A stretch of DNA of 64,000 bases, from positions 128,001 through 192,000 of the forward strand of contig OZ244070.1 in NCBI GenBank assembly GCA_965215605.1, in the 5' to 3' direction. The notes under the pieces were generated by a model. That model was not told the origin of the DNA. It was given only the letters and a program-made list of their open reading frames with translations, and did no database searches. The DNA is from an uncultured Candidatus Binatia bacterium (GTDB lineage: Bacteria > Desulfobacterota > Binatia > UBA9968 > JAJDTQ01). Each line of letters begins with the position of its first letter. Position 1 is the first letter of the stretch. Of the stretch, positions 28,980 through 37,725 are shown piece after piece. The position numbers and the translations under genes are program-made.

Positions 28980-29998
28980 GACACCGCCTCCGCGTAGACC
29001 CTGAGCGAGCGCCGCTCGACGTCTACGGTGACGGGCAGGGGGCGCCGGGCTTGCTGTGGAAGCCTGTGCATACCAAGGCGCCGATACGGGCAACTCGCCA
29101 ACGGCAGCAGCGCCTGCTGCTCGTCGCGCTCGAAGCGGTCCACCGGGCGCTCCCTGGTGGTGCCGTGCCAGCGCCGGTTCGCGGTTCCCTCAAGCCACAA
29201 GCGCGCCTGCTCGTTCAGGTCCTCGTCGTTCAGGAACTCCCGGCCGTAGAAGAAGTTGTTGCGGATGTAGCGGATCGGCCGCTCCACCTTGCCCTTGGTT
29301 TGGGCTCGGTACGGCCGGCATGCCCGAGGCCGGAACCCCCAGTGCGCGGCGAACCGCAAGAAGTCCGCGTTCAACACCAACTCGCCCCCGCCCGCGCGGC
29401 CGTCCGACAGCACCACCGTCCGCATCTGGTCGAACAAGAGCTCCTGCGGCACCCCGCCGAAGCACTCGAAGGCGCTCTCCAGCCCTTCGATCAGCACTGC
29501 CATCGTCTGCCGCCGGTAAAACCGCAGCCACAACAGCCGGGAGTGGCTCAGAACCATCACCAAAGCATGCCGCCGCCCCCAGGGAAGCGTGAACGTCGCA
29601 AAGTCCACCTGCCCCTGCCGTCCCGCCGGCGTCTCGAACCGCACCACCGCCTCCGCCGGCTCCCTTGGCCGCACCGCCCGAACGTACTCCCTCACACGGA
29701 CGTACCCGCCCGTGTAGCCTGCCCCTCGTACCTCGTCGTACAGCCGCTTCGCCGACAACCGCGGATACTCCTCCAGTCGCGCCTCGATGATCCCCTTGTA
29801 CGGATCCAGCTTGTGACACACCGGCGGCCTCGCCCTGTATCGCGTCCCGCCTCCCGACAGATCCCGGTCCAACTGTCCTGTCTCGATCCACTCGTGGATC
29901 GTCCGGCGACTCACCCCGAACCGCCGCGACAGCTCCGTCTTCGTTACACCCCGTTCCAGATAGTGCCTAAGCAGCATCCTCGTCTCCCATCCGTGCAT
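28976..29998 (-). CDS. istA: IS21 transposase IstA
   Basis: N-terminal HTH, KLDPYK, RFETPAGRQGQVDF, FDQM, KGKVER. Confidence 0.95.
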   Translation of the reverse strand: MHGWETRMLLRHYLERGVTKTELSRRFGVSRRTIHEWIETGQLDRDLSGGGTRYRARPPVCHKLDPYKGIIEARLEEYPRLSAKRLYDEVRGAGYTGGYVRVREYVRAVRPREPAEAVVRFETPAGRQGQVDFATFTLPWGRRHALVMVLSHSRLLWLRFYRRQTMAVLIEGLESAFECFGGVPQELLFDQMRTVVLSDGRAGGGELVLNADFLRFAAHWGFRPRACRPYRAQTKGKVERPIRYIRNNFFYGREFLNDEDLNEQARLWLEGTANRRWHGTTRERPVDRFERDEQQALLPLASCPYRRLGMHRLPQQARRPLPVTVDVERRSLRVYAEAVS

Positions 29999-30871
29999 CT
30001 GTGCTCCGCTCCGTTCCTGTTGGTCTTGCCAACAGCCTGGACCCGAGCACTCACGCCAGCAATCAATGTGTGCAGTTTTCGATTGCCATAAATGGGAAAT
30101 TTACAGTTGCCACCAACATCCAAGTCAACGGACGTACCTATTTGGTGGGCTTCTACGTACCGTACGTGTTGAAGCGAGGGCCGATTCACGAATGGATTGA
30201 AGCGGAAACCGGACTAGTATTCCGTGTCGGAGACTCCTACTACGTCTGTTGCCGAGTGACGCGGGAACGGCCCGCGCCGGTTCTTCCGCTTCCCAACCCG
30301 TCCTAGACGCGCCGACGGTGGAGGTCTTGCTCGCTGCTGGCGCGGACGTGAACGCCAAAAACAATGCTGGGGCGACTCCCCTTCACTGGGCGGCACTCAA
30401 GGGCGAAGCCGGAACGGTGAAGGTCTTGCTCGCTGCTGGCGCGACGGTCAACGAGAGAACCGGAGATAGAATAACTCCTCTGGAAGCAGCCCGAGTCGGG
30501 ATGGAAAAGACAGAGGGAAACGTCAAACATTTTCAGGAGGTGGTGCGGACACTGGAAGCACACGGGGCACGCGAAGGATGAGGCCGATGAATGGACAGGG
30601 AACGCTCGTGGAAGCGAGCGGCGGACTCCTCCCGCATCCTTGCGGAGCCTGTCCGTGCCACGATGCTCTCGTCTCCCGGGATAGAGGAGGTCATCAAGCC
30701 CGCAAGGGCTTGCCAGGAACGGCTAACCCAGCCGAATTGAGGGAATGTGCAACCATAACCGATCAATCATCTGCGGCTCAGAAGGATGCTTCTATTCCGG
30801 GCTGTTTCCCATTTCTCCTCCCTTGGTTTGCTGGTTTTCGACAGGCAGCGGCGAAATGATTCAGGCAAACG

Positions 30872-32090
30872 CTATACCCTTTTGGCATCAGGAACACGGG
30901 GTCGGGGCACGGTGGCGGGTTTGAGGGAAGGAATCGGGCACATTGCCCCGAGGTGCGTAGAAGGCGACGTCTGGTCGAGGCCGATGGAGCCGGCAATGAG
31001 TCTCCCCACCCTCTCTGCCGCCTCGGCCATATGGCGGTCGGCGAGATGGGCGTAGCCCGCGGTGGTGCGGTGCCGCCGGTGCCCGAGCAACCTGCCGACC
31101 AGGGGAAGATTCTCGCCGGACATCACGGCTTGGCTGGCGATGGTGTGCCGAAGGTCATGAAGGCGAAGCCTTCCGAGCTTCGCGGCCGCGCACGCCGCGC
31201 GCGGACGGTCCCGCAAGGGATGATAGCCCTTCCCGTGCGCGTAGGTCGGAAACAGCAGCCCATCCGGATCGCGAAGACCCCGCAGCGTCTCGATATGCGC
31301 CCGCGCGGACCGGTCTTGGAGTCGCCAAGGTTGAGCGCGTCCCGGCCGACATCGCGCCAGGGCAGATTGAGCACCTCGCTTCGGCGGCATCCGGTGAGCG
31401 CCAGCAGCCGGATCGCGGCGACGGCGACGGCCTCGGGCCATCGGGGCTCGCCGGCGTCGAGCGCGCGACCGAGGCGCGCCAGTTCGTCCGCGTCGAGAAA
31501 CCGGGCGATGTTGTTCCGCGGGTTCTTCCTGATGCCGACACAAGGGTTGCTGTCGCGTTGGCGCAAACCCCACTCTTCGGCGCGGAACATCATCGAGCGC
31601 AGTATCTCGAAGGCGCGGTTGGCCGCACCGGGCCGGTCCTTGCTGGCTGCGTCGAACCACGCGGCCACATCCTCGGGACCGATGCGGTCGAGCGGTATCC
31701 TGCCGAAGGCAGGTAGGATGCGGGACTTGATATAGTTGCGCACGGTCTTGCGTCCTGAGGGCTTCCAGTGCGGACCGCAGCGACGCAGGTACTCGTCCGA
31801 GAACTGCGCAAGGTCAAGGTCTCTTTCTCCCTGCGGTTGTCGCCCGCGCGAATGCGCCCAAGCATGTCACGGGTGCGACGGCAGGCCTCGGCGATCTCGA
31901 TCTCGGCATGCCGAGCGATGACGATGCGGCGGCTCCGTCCCTCGATGCGCGCCTGCACGATCCAGACCTTCCGGCCTGATGGATGGATGCGAAGCCCGGA
32001 GCCGGGGAGTTTCCTGTCGAACAGGATCGTGTCCCTGTCGCCAGGCCCACTTTGGCGGGCCAAGCGCGGGGTGAGGTCAACGGTGGACAT
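30872..32090 (-). pseudogene. Frameshifted tyrosine recombinase (Arm-DNA-binding plus integrase domains), copy 2
   Basis: Pieces in at least three frames: GLRIHPSGRKVW, GAANRAFEILR, LTGCRRSE, SKTGPR, RLHDLRH, LLGH..TTAGYAH. Confidence 0.85.
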
Positions 32091-32903
32091 GATGTGCTCC
32101 TCCCTCGTGCTCCGCGTCCCTTCCGGCCAGGGCCATGTGGATACGGCCCGAAACCCGGTCGGCGGCGTCCGTAACGGACTGATCGGAAAGATGGGCGTAA
32201 CGCTCGGTGGTCTCTACCAAGGCATGACCGAGCAGCTTCGCGATGGTCACCATGTCCACGCCATTCATGGCGGCTACCGAAGCCCAGTTGTGGCGGAGGT
32301 CATGAAGCCGCAAGCCGGGCAAGCTCGCCTCATTGCGGATGCGGTGCCATTGGTGTTCGAAGTTGTCGATGTGCCGCGTTGGCGGTCGCGCAGGGAACAG
32401 GAACGGGCAATCGGGACTGTAGCGCGGGATGGCGGCGATGAGCGCACGTGCGGCGCTCGACAGCCAGACCGTGCGCGGCCCGGACTTGGAATCGGGAAGG
32501 TGGATGCGCTTGCCGCGAATCCAGTCCCATTCGAGGGAGACGATTTCTCCGCGCGGTACCCCGTCAGCATCAACAGGCGGATGATGGCCACGACATGCGG
32601 GCGATAGAACTCGTCGCGGGTGAGCACGGGTCCGGTATCGTTCCTGGCCGGGTCGATGAAGGTGGCGAGGAGCCTGCGGGCCTCGCGCCGCGCCTCGGGC
32701 ACGGTGAGGGTGTCGGCGCTGCCGATGGTGGCGGAGCGGATGCGCCCGCGCACGCTGCGGCGCACGAAGAACGAGCGATTTCCGCTAGTGCCGACGCGGA
32801 GGCCGAGGCCGGAGATCACGTCGTCCCAGACATCGTACTTCCTGGCGCGGGGTTTGGCGGCGCGGACGCGCTTGGCGAAGGTGGACCTGAATTCGTCGGT
32901 CAT
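32077..32903 (-). pseudogene. Internally deleted, frameshifted tyrosine recombinase, copy 1
   Basis: YDVWD..GLGLRV..EARREAR arm domain joined directly to IIRLLMLTG; after a frameshift SKSGPR, RLHDLRH, LLGH..TERYAH. Confidence 0.85.
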
Positions 32904-33156
32904 GGCTTGCGGCTCCTTTGTTGGGCCGCGCGACCCGCGGTCAGAACAGGAAGCGGTCGCGGCGGTGTTTGTTCGAGGAAGCCGCTTGGCGGTGCGGGAC
33001 GGGGTGAGCCGTAAGGCTCTGAATCTACGTGTGTTTCCGCACTATTGCGTGATGGCGGACACTAACCGGAAGGGCATCCCCGGTGCGTGAGGTGTGAGAT
33101 ACCCGGGCGGGTTTGTCAACGGCGGAGAATCGGACCCGGGCGTCGGACCGGCCTCC

Positions 33157-33181
33157 GGACCCCGGGTCAAGCCCGGGGTCC
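33157..33181. repeat. Palindromic repeat / possible terminator hairpin
   Basis: GGACCCCGGG-TCAAG-CCCGGGGTCC just past the vapC stop. Confidence 0.6.
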
Positions 33182-33198
33182 GGAAAGATCCGCGCGCT

Positions 33199-33588
33199 TC
33201 ACCATCTGGAACTGACCGGATATTGGCGGATGGCGTTATCCGGCGTCAGGATGGTAGCGTTGGCCCCAAGGGCGACCGCCACGAGAAGGCGGTCGAACGG
33301 ATCCCGGTGATGGTCGGGCAGTTCAGAGGCGCGATAGATGTCTGCCCGTCCCAGACCGAGACAATCCAGGCCCCAGGCGTCGATCTGTGCTTCGAGCCAA
33401 TGCCGGGGCGGGTCGGGAAGGACGAGCTTTCCGGCGTTCCACTTGAGCGCTATCTCCAGGGTCGAAACGTCGCTCCACAGAAGTGTGGAATCGGAGGCGT
33501 CAATGGCTTGTACAGATGCGGGGGAGAGCTTTTCCGGCTCCGTGGCCAGCCAGATCAACGTACAGGTATCCAACAGAAATTGGATCAA
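33199..33588 (-). CDS. vapC: VapC (PIN) toxin
   Basis: FLLDTCTLIW, SDVSTLEIALK..GKL, HHRDPFDRLLVAVA, LTPD; likely TTG start overlapping the antitoxin stop. Confidence 0.88.
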   Translation of the reverse strand: MIQFLLDTCTLIWLATEPEKLSPASVQAIDASDSTLLWSDVSTLEIALKWNAGKLVLPDPPRHWLEAQIDAWGLDCLGLGRADIYRASELPDHHRDPFDRLLVAVALGANATILTPDNAIRQYPVSSRW

Positions 33589-33824
33589 AGGCCCCACTCC
33601 TTCAACCGGTGGTCGTCAAGCGGCTCGAACGCATCGGAGACGTACTGAACGGGTGGCGAGGTGCGAGTGCCGACTCTCGGCCGCCGTCCCGTAGACGGCT
33701 CAATGGCGGTCAATTGGGCCACCGGCGTGGAGCCGTTGAGTATGATGATGGTCTCACCCCGCTGGATCTCCTTCAGCATCCGGGAAAGGTGTGTCTTGGT
33801 CTGGTGGATCGTAGCGGTCTTCAT
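33585..33824 (-). CDS. Phd/YefM family antitoxin
   Basis: IHQTKTHLSRML..GETIII..G.PVAQL. Confidence 0.88.
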   Translation of the reverse strand: MKTATIHQTKTHLSRMLKEIQRGETIIILNGSTPVAQLTAIEPSTGRRPRVGTRTSPPVQYVSDAFEPLDDHRLKEWGL

Positions 33825-33830
33825 TTGCAT

Positions 33831-33859
33831 AGACTAGGACTTAGTCATGACTAAGTCAA
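33831..33859 (-). promoter_or_regulatory. Sigma70 promoter with palindromic TA operator
   Basis: TTGACT-17 bp-TAGTCT on the minus strand; perfect 20-bp palindrome GACTTAGTCATGACTAAGTC (33838-33857). Confidence 0.75.
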
Positions 33860-33902
33860 TAATCCACACAGCAACGATACAACGGCTCCCAATTGCGGCC
33901 AC

Positions 33903-34790
33903 TCATCCCCCGTGGCTGAGCACCCAGACTCCCCCGACGATGAGCGCCGCGGCCAGCCCGTCCCGCGGGGTGACGGACTCCAGGGCGCGGAGCGTGAAGT
34001 GGGACAGCACGAAAGTGATGAGGGGCGAGATGCGCCAGATGGGCGCCACCAGCACCGAGGGCGCCAGCAGCAGCGCCTTGTAGGTGCACAGCGACGCGAT
34101 GGCCTCGGTGATGCCGGCAATGCCGAAGAGCACCGCGCTCTTGAGCGGCACCCTCTCCTGCCGCCAGGCCTGGATGCCCAGCGAAGGGCCGGCGGTGAAC
34201 AGGATCACCGTGGCGGTGATATGGTTGACCAGCGTGCCCAGCGCCGGCACGGCGGCGGCCACGAGTCCCCATTTCTTGAAGATGGGATTAATCCCGAAGG
34301 CCAAGGAAGACAGCAGCGGATACATGAAATAGACCAGCCGGTTGGGAGGCTGCTCTCCTTCGGGCGGGCTCACCGTCAGCAGCAGCACGCCGGCCACGAT
34401 CACCACCACCCCGGCGCTGATCTCCCAACCCACCTGCTCGCGCAGGAGCCCCCATCCCAGCAGCACGGTTATGAGCGGCGAGGAGTTTTTCACCGTCACC
34501 GACTTCGACGCCCCCACGCTGTCGATGCCCAGGTTGAGGAACACCTTCCCCAGGCAGGCGGCCACGCCCGTCAGCATGAAGGAGAGCAAGGGCAGCCAGT
34601 CCAGCCTCACGAACTCCCCGCGCCAGGCGGTGGCGGCCACCAGGGTCGCCAGGGACCAGTACTGGGTCCAGAGCGTCGCCATGGTGACGTTGGACTCCGC
34701 CATGCCCTTCTTGAGCAGGGTCGGGACCACGCCCCATATGACGCCGGCGGCCAGGGCGTAGAGGATGGCTTCGGTGGTGGCGTCGGTCAT
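33903..34790 (-). CDS. DMT/EamA family transporter
   Basis: About 10 TM segments, GASKS..SPL..LLREQV. Confidence 0.82.
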   Translation of the reverse strand: MTDATTEAILYALAAGVIWGVVPTLLKKGMAESNVTMATLWTQYWSLATLVAATAWRGEFVRLDWLPLLSFMLTGVAACLGKVFLNLGIDSVGASKSVTVKNSSPLITVLLGWGLLREQVGWEISAGVVVIVAGVLLLTVSPPEGEQPPNRLVYFMYPLLSSLAFGINPIFKKWGLVAAAVPALGTLVNHITATVILFTAGPSLGIQAWRQERVPLKSAVLFGIAGITEAIASLCTYKALLLAPSVLVAPIWRISPLITFVLSHFTLRALESVTPRDGLAAALIVGGVWVLSHGG

Positions 34791-34903
34791 GGGGTGGGAA
34801 AGCGTACGTGTTACAAGGAGCGACTGACGAGGGGAAGCCGCATCGAAGCAGCGAAGCCTACAAATTAGACCGCGGCGGTGACCAGGTCAATCGGGACGGG
34901 TCG

Positions 34904-34932
34904 TTGACACTCCCCTACCCTCCGGGCATGAT
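34904..34932 (+). promoter_or_regulatory. Putative sigma70 promoter
   Basis: TTGACA-17 bp-CATGAT, about 40 bp upstream of 34972. Confidence 0.5.
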
Positions 34933-34971
34933 TCATGGTCACCCTTTCACGTTTCCACCCTGGAGCCTACC

Positions 34972-36423
34972 ATGAGCGACGTCCGTTTTATCGATACCAC
35001 CGTGCGCGACGGCAACCAGAGCCTGTGGGCGCTGAACATGCGCACCGATCACATGCTGGCGGTGGCGGAGCACATCGACGAGGCCGGGTTCGAGTCGGCC
35101 GAGTTTTTCGTCACGGTGATGTTCAAGAAGCTCGTGCGGGAACAGAAGGAGGACGCCTGGGACTGGTTCCGGCTCGGTACGAAGCGCTTCAGGAAAACCC
35201 CGCTGCGGCTCCACGGCGGGCTCAAGCTCATCGAGAAGATCCCGGTGTGCGTGTTCGAGTTGATGATCGAGCGGATCATGGACTACGGCATCACGCTGAC
35301 CCGCACTTCCAACTCCTGGAACAACTACGACGAGTTCGACGTGGAAAAGACCGAGCTCAAGAAGCTCGGCATGGACACGGTGGTGAACCTGATCTACTCG
35401 GTGTCGCCGCGCCATACCGACGAGTACTACGCGCGGAAGGCCCGGGAAGCCGCGGCCCTCGACCCGGTGCGGATATGCTTCAAGGACGTGGGCGGGCTGC
35501 TGACCCTGGAGCGGGCCCGGACCTTGATTCCCATCGTGCTGGAGAACATCGGCGACACCCCGGTGGAGTTCCACGCCCACTGCAACAACGGGCTGGCGCC
35601 GCTGTGCTACCTCGAAGCCGTGGACATGGGCCTGACCACGCTGCACACCGGCATCCCGCCGCTGGCCAACGGCTCGGCGCAGCCGTCGATCTTCAACGTC
35701 GCGCGGAACCTGCGCGCCATGGGGCACAACCCGCTCATCGACGAGGAGGTGCTCAGGCCGGTGACGGAAAAGCTCAACTACATCGCGAAGCGCGACCACC
35801 TGCCGGTGGGCCGGGTGGTGGAGTTCGACGAGTCGCAGTACACACACCAGGTGCCGGGCGGCATGATCTCCAACTTCCGCCACCAGCTCGGTCTCATCGA
35901 CAAGCGCGACAAGCTCGACGCCATCCTGGAGGAATGCGTCCGGGTGCGCGAGGAGTGGGGCTATCCCATCATGGTGACGCCGCTGTCCCAGTTCGTGGGC
36001 ACCCAGGCGGCCATCAACGTCATCGTGGGCGAGCGCTACAAGGAGGTCACCGACCAAGCCATCCAGTACGCCCTGGGCTACTGGGGCCGGGAGGGCGCCG
36101 AATACATGCACCCCGAAGTGAAGGACAAGATCCTGGGGCGCCCACGGGCCAAGGAGTGGGAGCACTGGGAGCTGCCCGCGCCGTCGATCCAGGAGGTGCG
36201 CCGGCAGCTCGGCGCCACCCACCTGTCCGACGAAGAGTTCCTGCTCTGGGTCTTCGCCGGCGAGGAGGCGGTGAAGGCGCTGCCGGACGGGGGCGCGCCC
36301 AAGGAATACCTGAGCGCCGGCACCCCGCTGGTGCGGCTGGTGGGCGAGCTGACCCGCCAGGACAAGGCCAACCACATCTACATACGCAAACCGGACTTCT
36401 CGCTGACGTTGGGGCGCGCCTGA
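34972..36423 (+). CDS. Stand-alone pyruvate carboxylase/oxaloacetate decarboxylase carboxyltransferase domain
   Basis: DTTVRDGNQSL, FKDVGG, HAHC, HQVPGGMISN, GYPIMVTPLSQFVGTQA; no AMKM biotinyl domain. Confidence 0.88.
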   Translation: MSDVRFIDTTVRDGNQSLWALNMRTDHMLAVAEHIDEAGFESAEFFVTVMFKKLVREQKEDAWDWFRLGTKRFRKTPLRLHGGLKLIEKIPVCVFELMIERIMDYGITLTRTSNSWNNYDEFDVEKTELKKLGMDTVVNLIYSVSPRHTDEYYARKAREAAALDPVRICFKDVGGLLTLERARTLIPIVLENIGDTPVEFHAHCNNGLAPLCYLEAVDMGLTTLHTGIPPLANGSAQPSIFNVARNLRAMGHNPLIDEEVLRPVTEKLNYIAKRDHLPVGRVVEFDESQYTHQVPGGMISNFRHQLGLIDKRDKLDAILEECVRVREEWGYPIMVTPLSQFVGTQAAINVIVGERYKEVTDQAIQYALGYWGREGAEYMHPEVKDKILGRPRAKEWEHWELPAPSIQEVRRQLGATHLSDEEFLLWVFAGEEAVKALPDGGAPKEYLSAGTPLVRLVGELTRQDKANHIYIRKPDFSLTLGRA

Positions 36424-36603
36424 CTGGAGCGGTGACTATCTGTCGGGACGTCTCGGATTGATTGAAGAAAAGGAAGACTTGTCCCGACAGGGTCCCGATC
36501 TGCAAGCTCGCGAGATTGACACGCTCCTGCCGATCGGATAATCCCGAAGAACGGCTAACCGCCGCCCGCGACCGCTGCATTTCATTCTCAGGGAGGGAAC
36601 ACC

Positions 36604-37725
36604 GTGACCTCAACCAATCCCCGACGCATCATCGACGGCGACGGCCATGTCGTCGAAGACATTGCGGCCATCATCGGCAACATGCCGCCGGAGTACACCG
36701 GCAAGACGTTCTCGGAGGCGCGCGCCAAGAGCCCGTTCCCGCCCATCGACCACCTGCACTCGGCCAACCGCCACTACGTACCGGAAGGGGCCTTCGCCAA
36801 CGTCGGGCCGGAGGGCTGGGAGGTGTTCCTGGAGGACGTGCGCATCGACGCCACGGTGCTCTACACCAGCGCCGGGCTGGCGTTCGGGAAGATCGTCAGC
36901 CGCGACTGGGCCATTGAGCTGGCGCGGGCCTACAACGACTGGATCCACGAAACCTACGTGGCCCGGAGCCCGCGGTTCCAGGCCATGGGGCTGCTCCCGT
37001 TGCAGGAGCCCAAGGCCGCGGCCGAGGAGTTGCGCCGCATGGTGGAGGAGCTGGGCCTGTGCGGCGCCATGCTGCCGTCCACCGGCGCCAACATGCCCCA
37101 CCTGGGCTCCGAGCGCTACTGGCCGATCTACCGGGAAGCGGAGCGGCTGGGATGCGCCATCGGCATACACGGCGGCGCCCACGAGGGCATGCTCATGGAC
37201 GACCTCACCCCCTACGCGCCGGTGAACGCCCTAGGCCATCCCATGGGACAGATGATCGGCTTCGCGGGCATCGTCTTCAACGGCGTCCTGGACAAGTTTC
37301 CGGGGCTGCGCATCGGCTTCCTCGAAGCGGGCTGCGCCTGGCTGCTGACGTGCCTCGAGCGCTTCAACGGCTCCTGGGCGAGCCACGTGCAGTACGACCC
37401 CCGCGGACGTTTCCTCGAACTCGGCGACGGCATGAACATGACCGACTACATCTGCCGCCACATCGACGAGGGCCGCATCTTCGTGGGCGTCGAGGGCGAC
37501 GAGCTGTCCATCGCCGAGGCGGTGCGGGTGGTGGGCAACAAGCCGTTCCTGTTCTCCTCCGACTACCCCCATGAGGTGGACGCGGCCACCTGCAAGCACG
37601 AGCTGCAGGAGCTGGAAGAGAACGAGGAGCTGAGCGACGACGACAAGGACGCCATCCTCTTCCGCAACGCCCAGCGGTTCTATCGCCTGGGCGAGGGAGC
37701 GGCGCAGACGGGAGGCCAACCGTGA
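36604..37725 (+). CDS. Amidohydrolase_2 family protein
   Basis: IDGDGHVVE, RAYNDW, IH, FLEAG, SSDYPH, NAQRFY. Confidence 0.88.
   Translation: MTSTNPRRIIDGDGHVVEDIAAIIGNMPPEYTGKTFSEARAKSPFPPIDHLHSANRHYVPEGAFANVGPEGWEVFLEDVRIDATVLYTSAGLAFGKIVSRDWAIELARAYNDWIHETYVARSPRFQAMGLLPLQEPKAAAEELRRMVEELGLCGAMLPSTGANMPHLGSERYWPIYREAERLGCAIGIHGGAHEGMLMDDLTPYAPVNALGHPMGQMIGFAGIVFNGVLDKFPGLRIGFLEAGCAWLLTCLERFNGSWASHVQYDPRGRFLELGDGMNMTDYICRHIDEGRIFVGVEGDELSIAEAVRVVGNKPFLFSSDYPHEVDAATCKHELQELEENEELSDDDKDAILFRNAQRFYRLGEGAAQTGGQP

Larger units (their letters stand above)
28000..30118 (-). mobile_element. IS21-family insertion sequence, complete
   Basis: TGT...ACA ends, repeated GGCAAYCGAAAACTGCACAC motifs at both ends, istA/istB, 7-bp direct repeat TCCAAGT at 27993-27999 and 30119-30125. 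Confidence 0.95.
26969..30581 (+). pseudogene. Ankyrin-repeat protein split by nested insertions
   Basis: GAGGAG RBS and ATG at 26969; 9 TPLH repeats up to 27898, then 2 more in 30321-30581; joining the two parts gives a 396-aa frame. Confidence 0.85.

Noticed and set aside
26969-30581. Diversity-generating retroelement acting on the ankyrin repeats
   Set aside because: No reverse transcriptase in the window, no template/variable repeat pair, and the differences are not adenine-specific.
30580-30660. Hammerhead ribozyme
   Set aside because: CCGATGA resembles CUGAUGA, but the conserved core and GAAA are not placed correctly relative to the stems.
30872-33200. Integron or prophage with a tRNA attachment site
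   Set aside because: The recombinases carry arm-binding domains unlike IntI; I see no attC-like sites, phage genes or tRNA cloverleaf.
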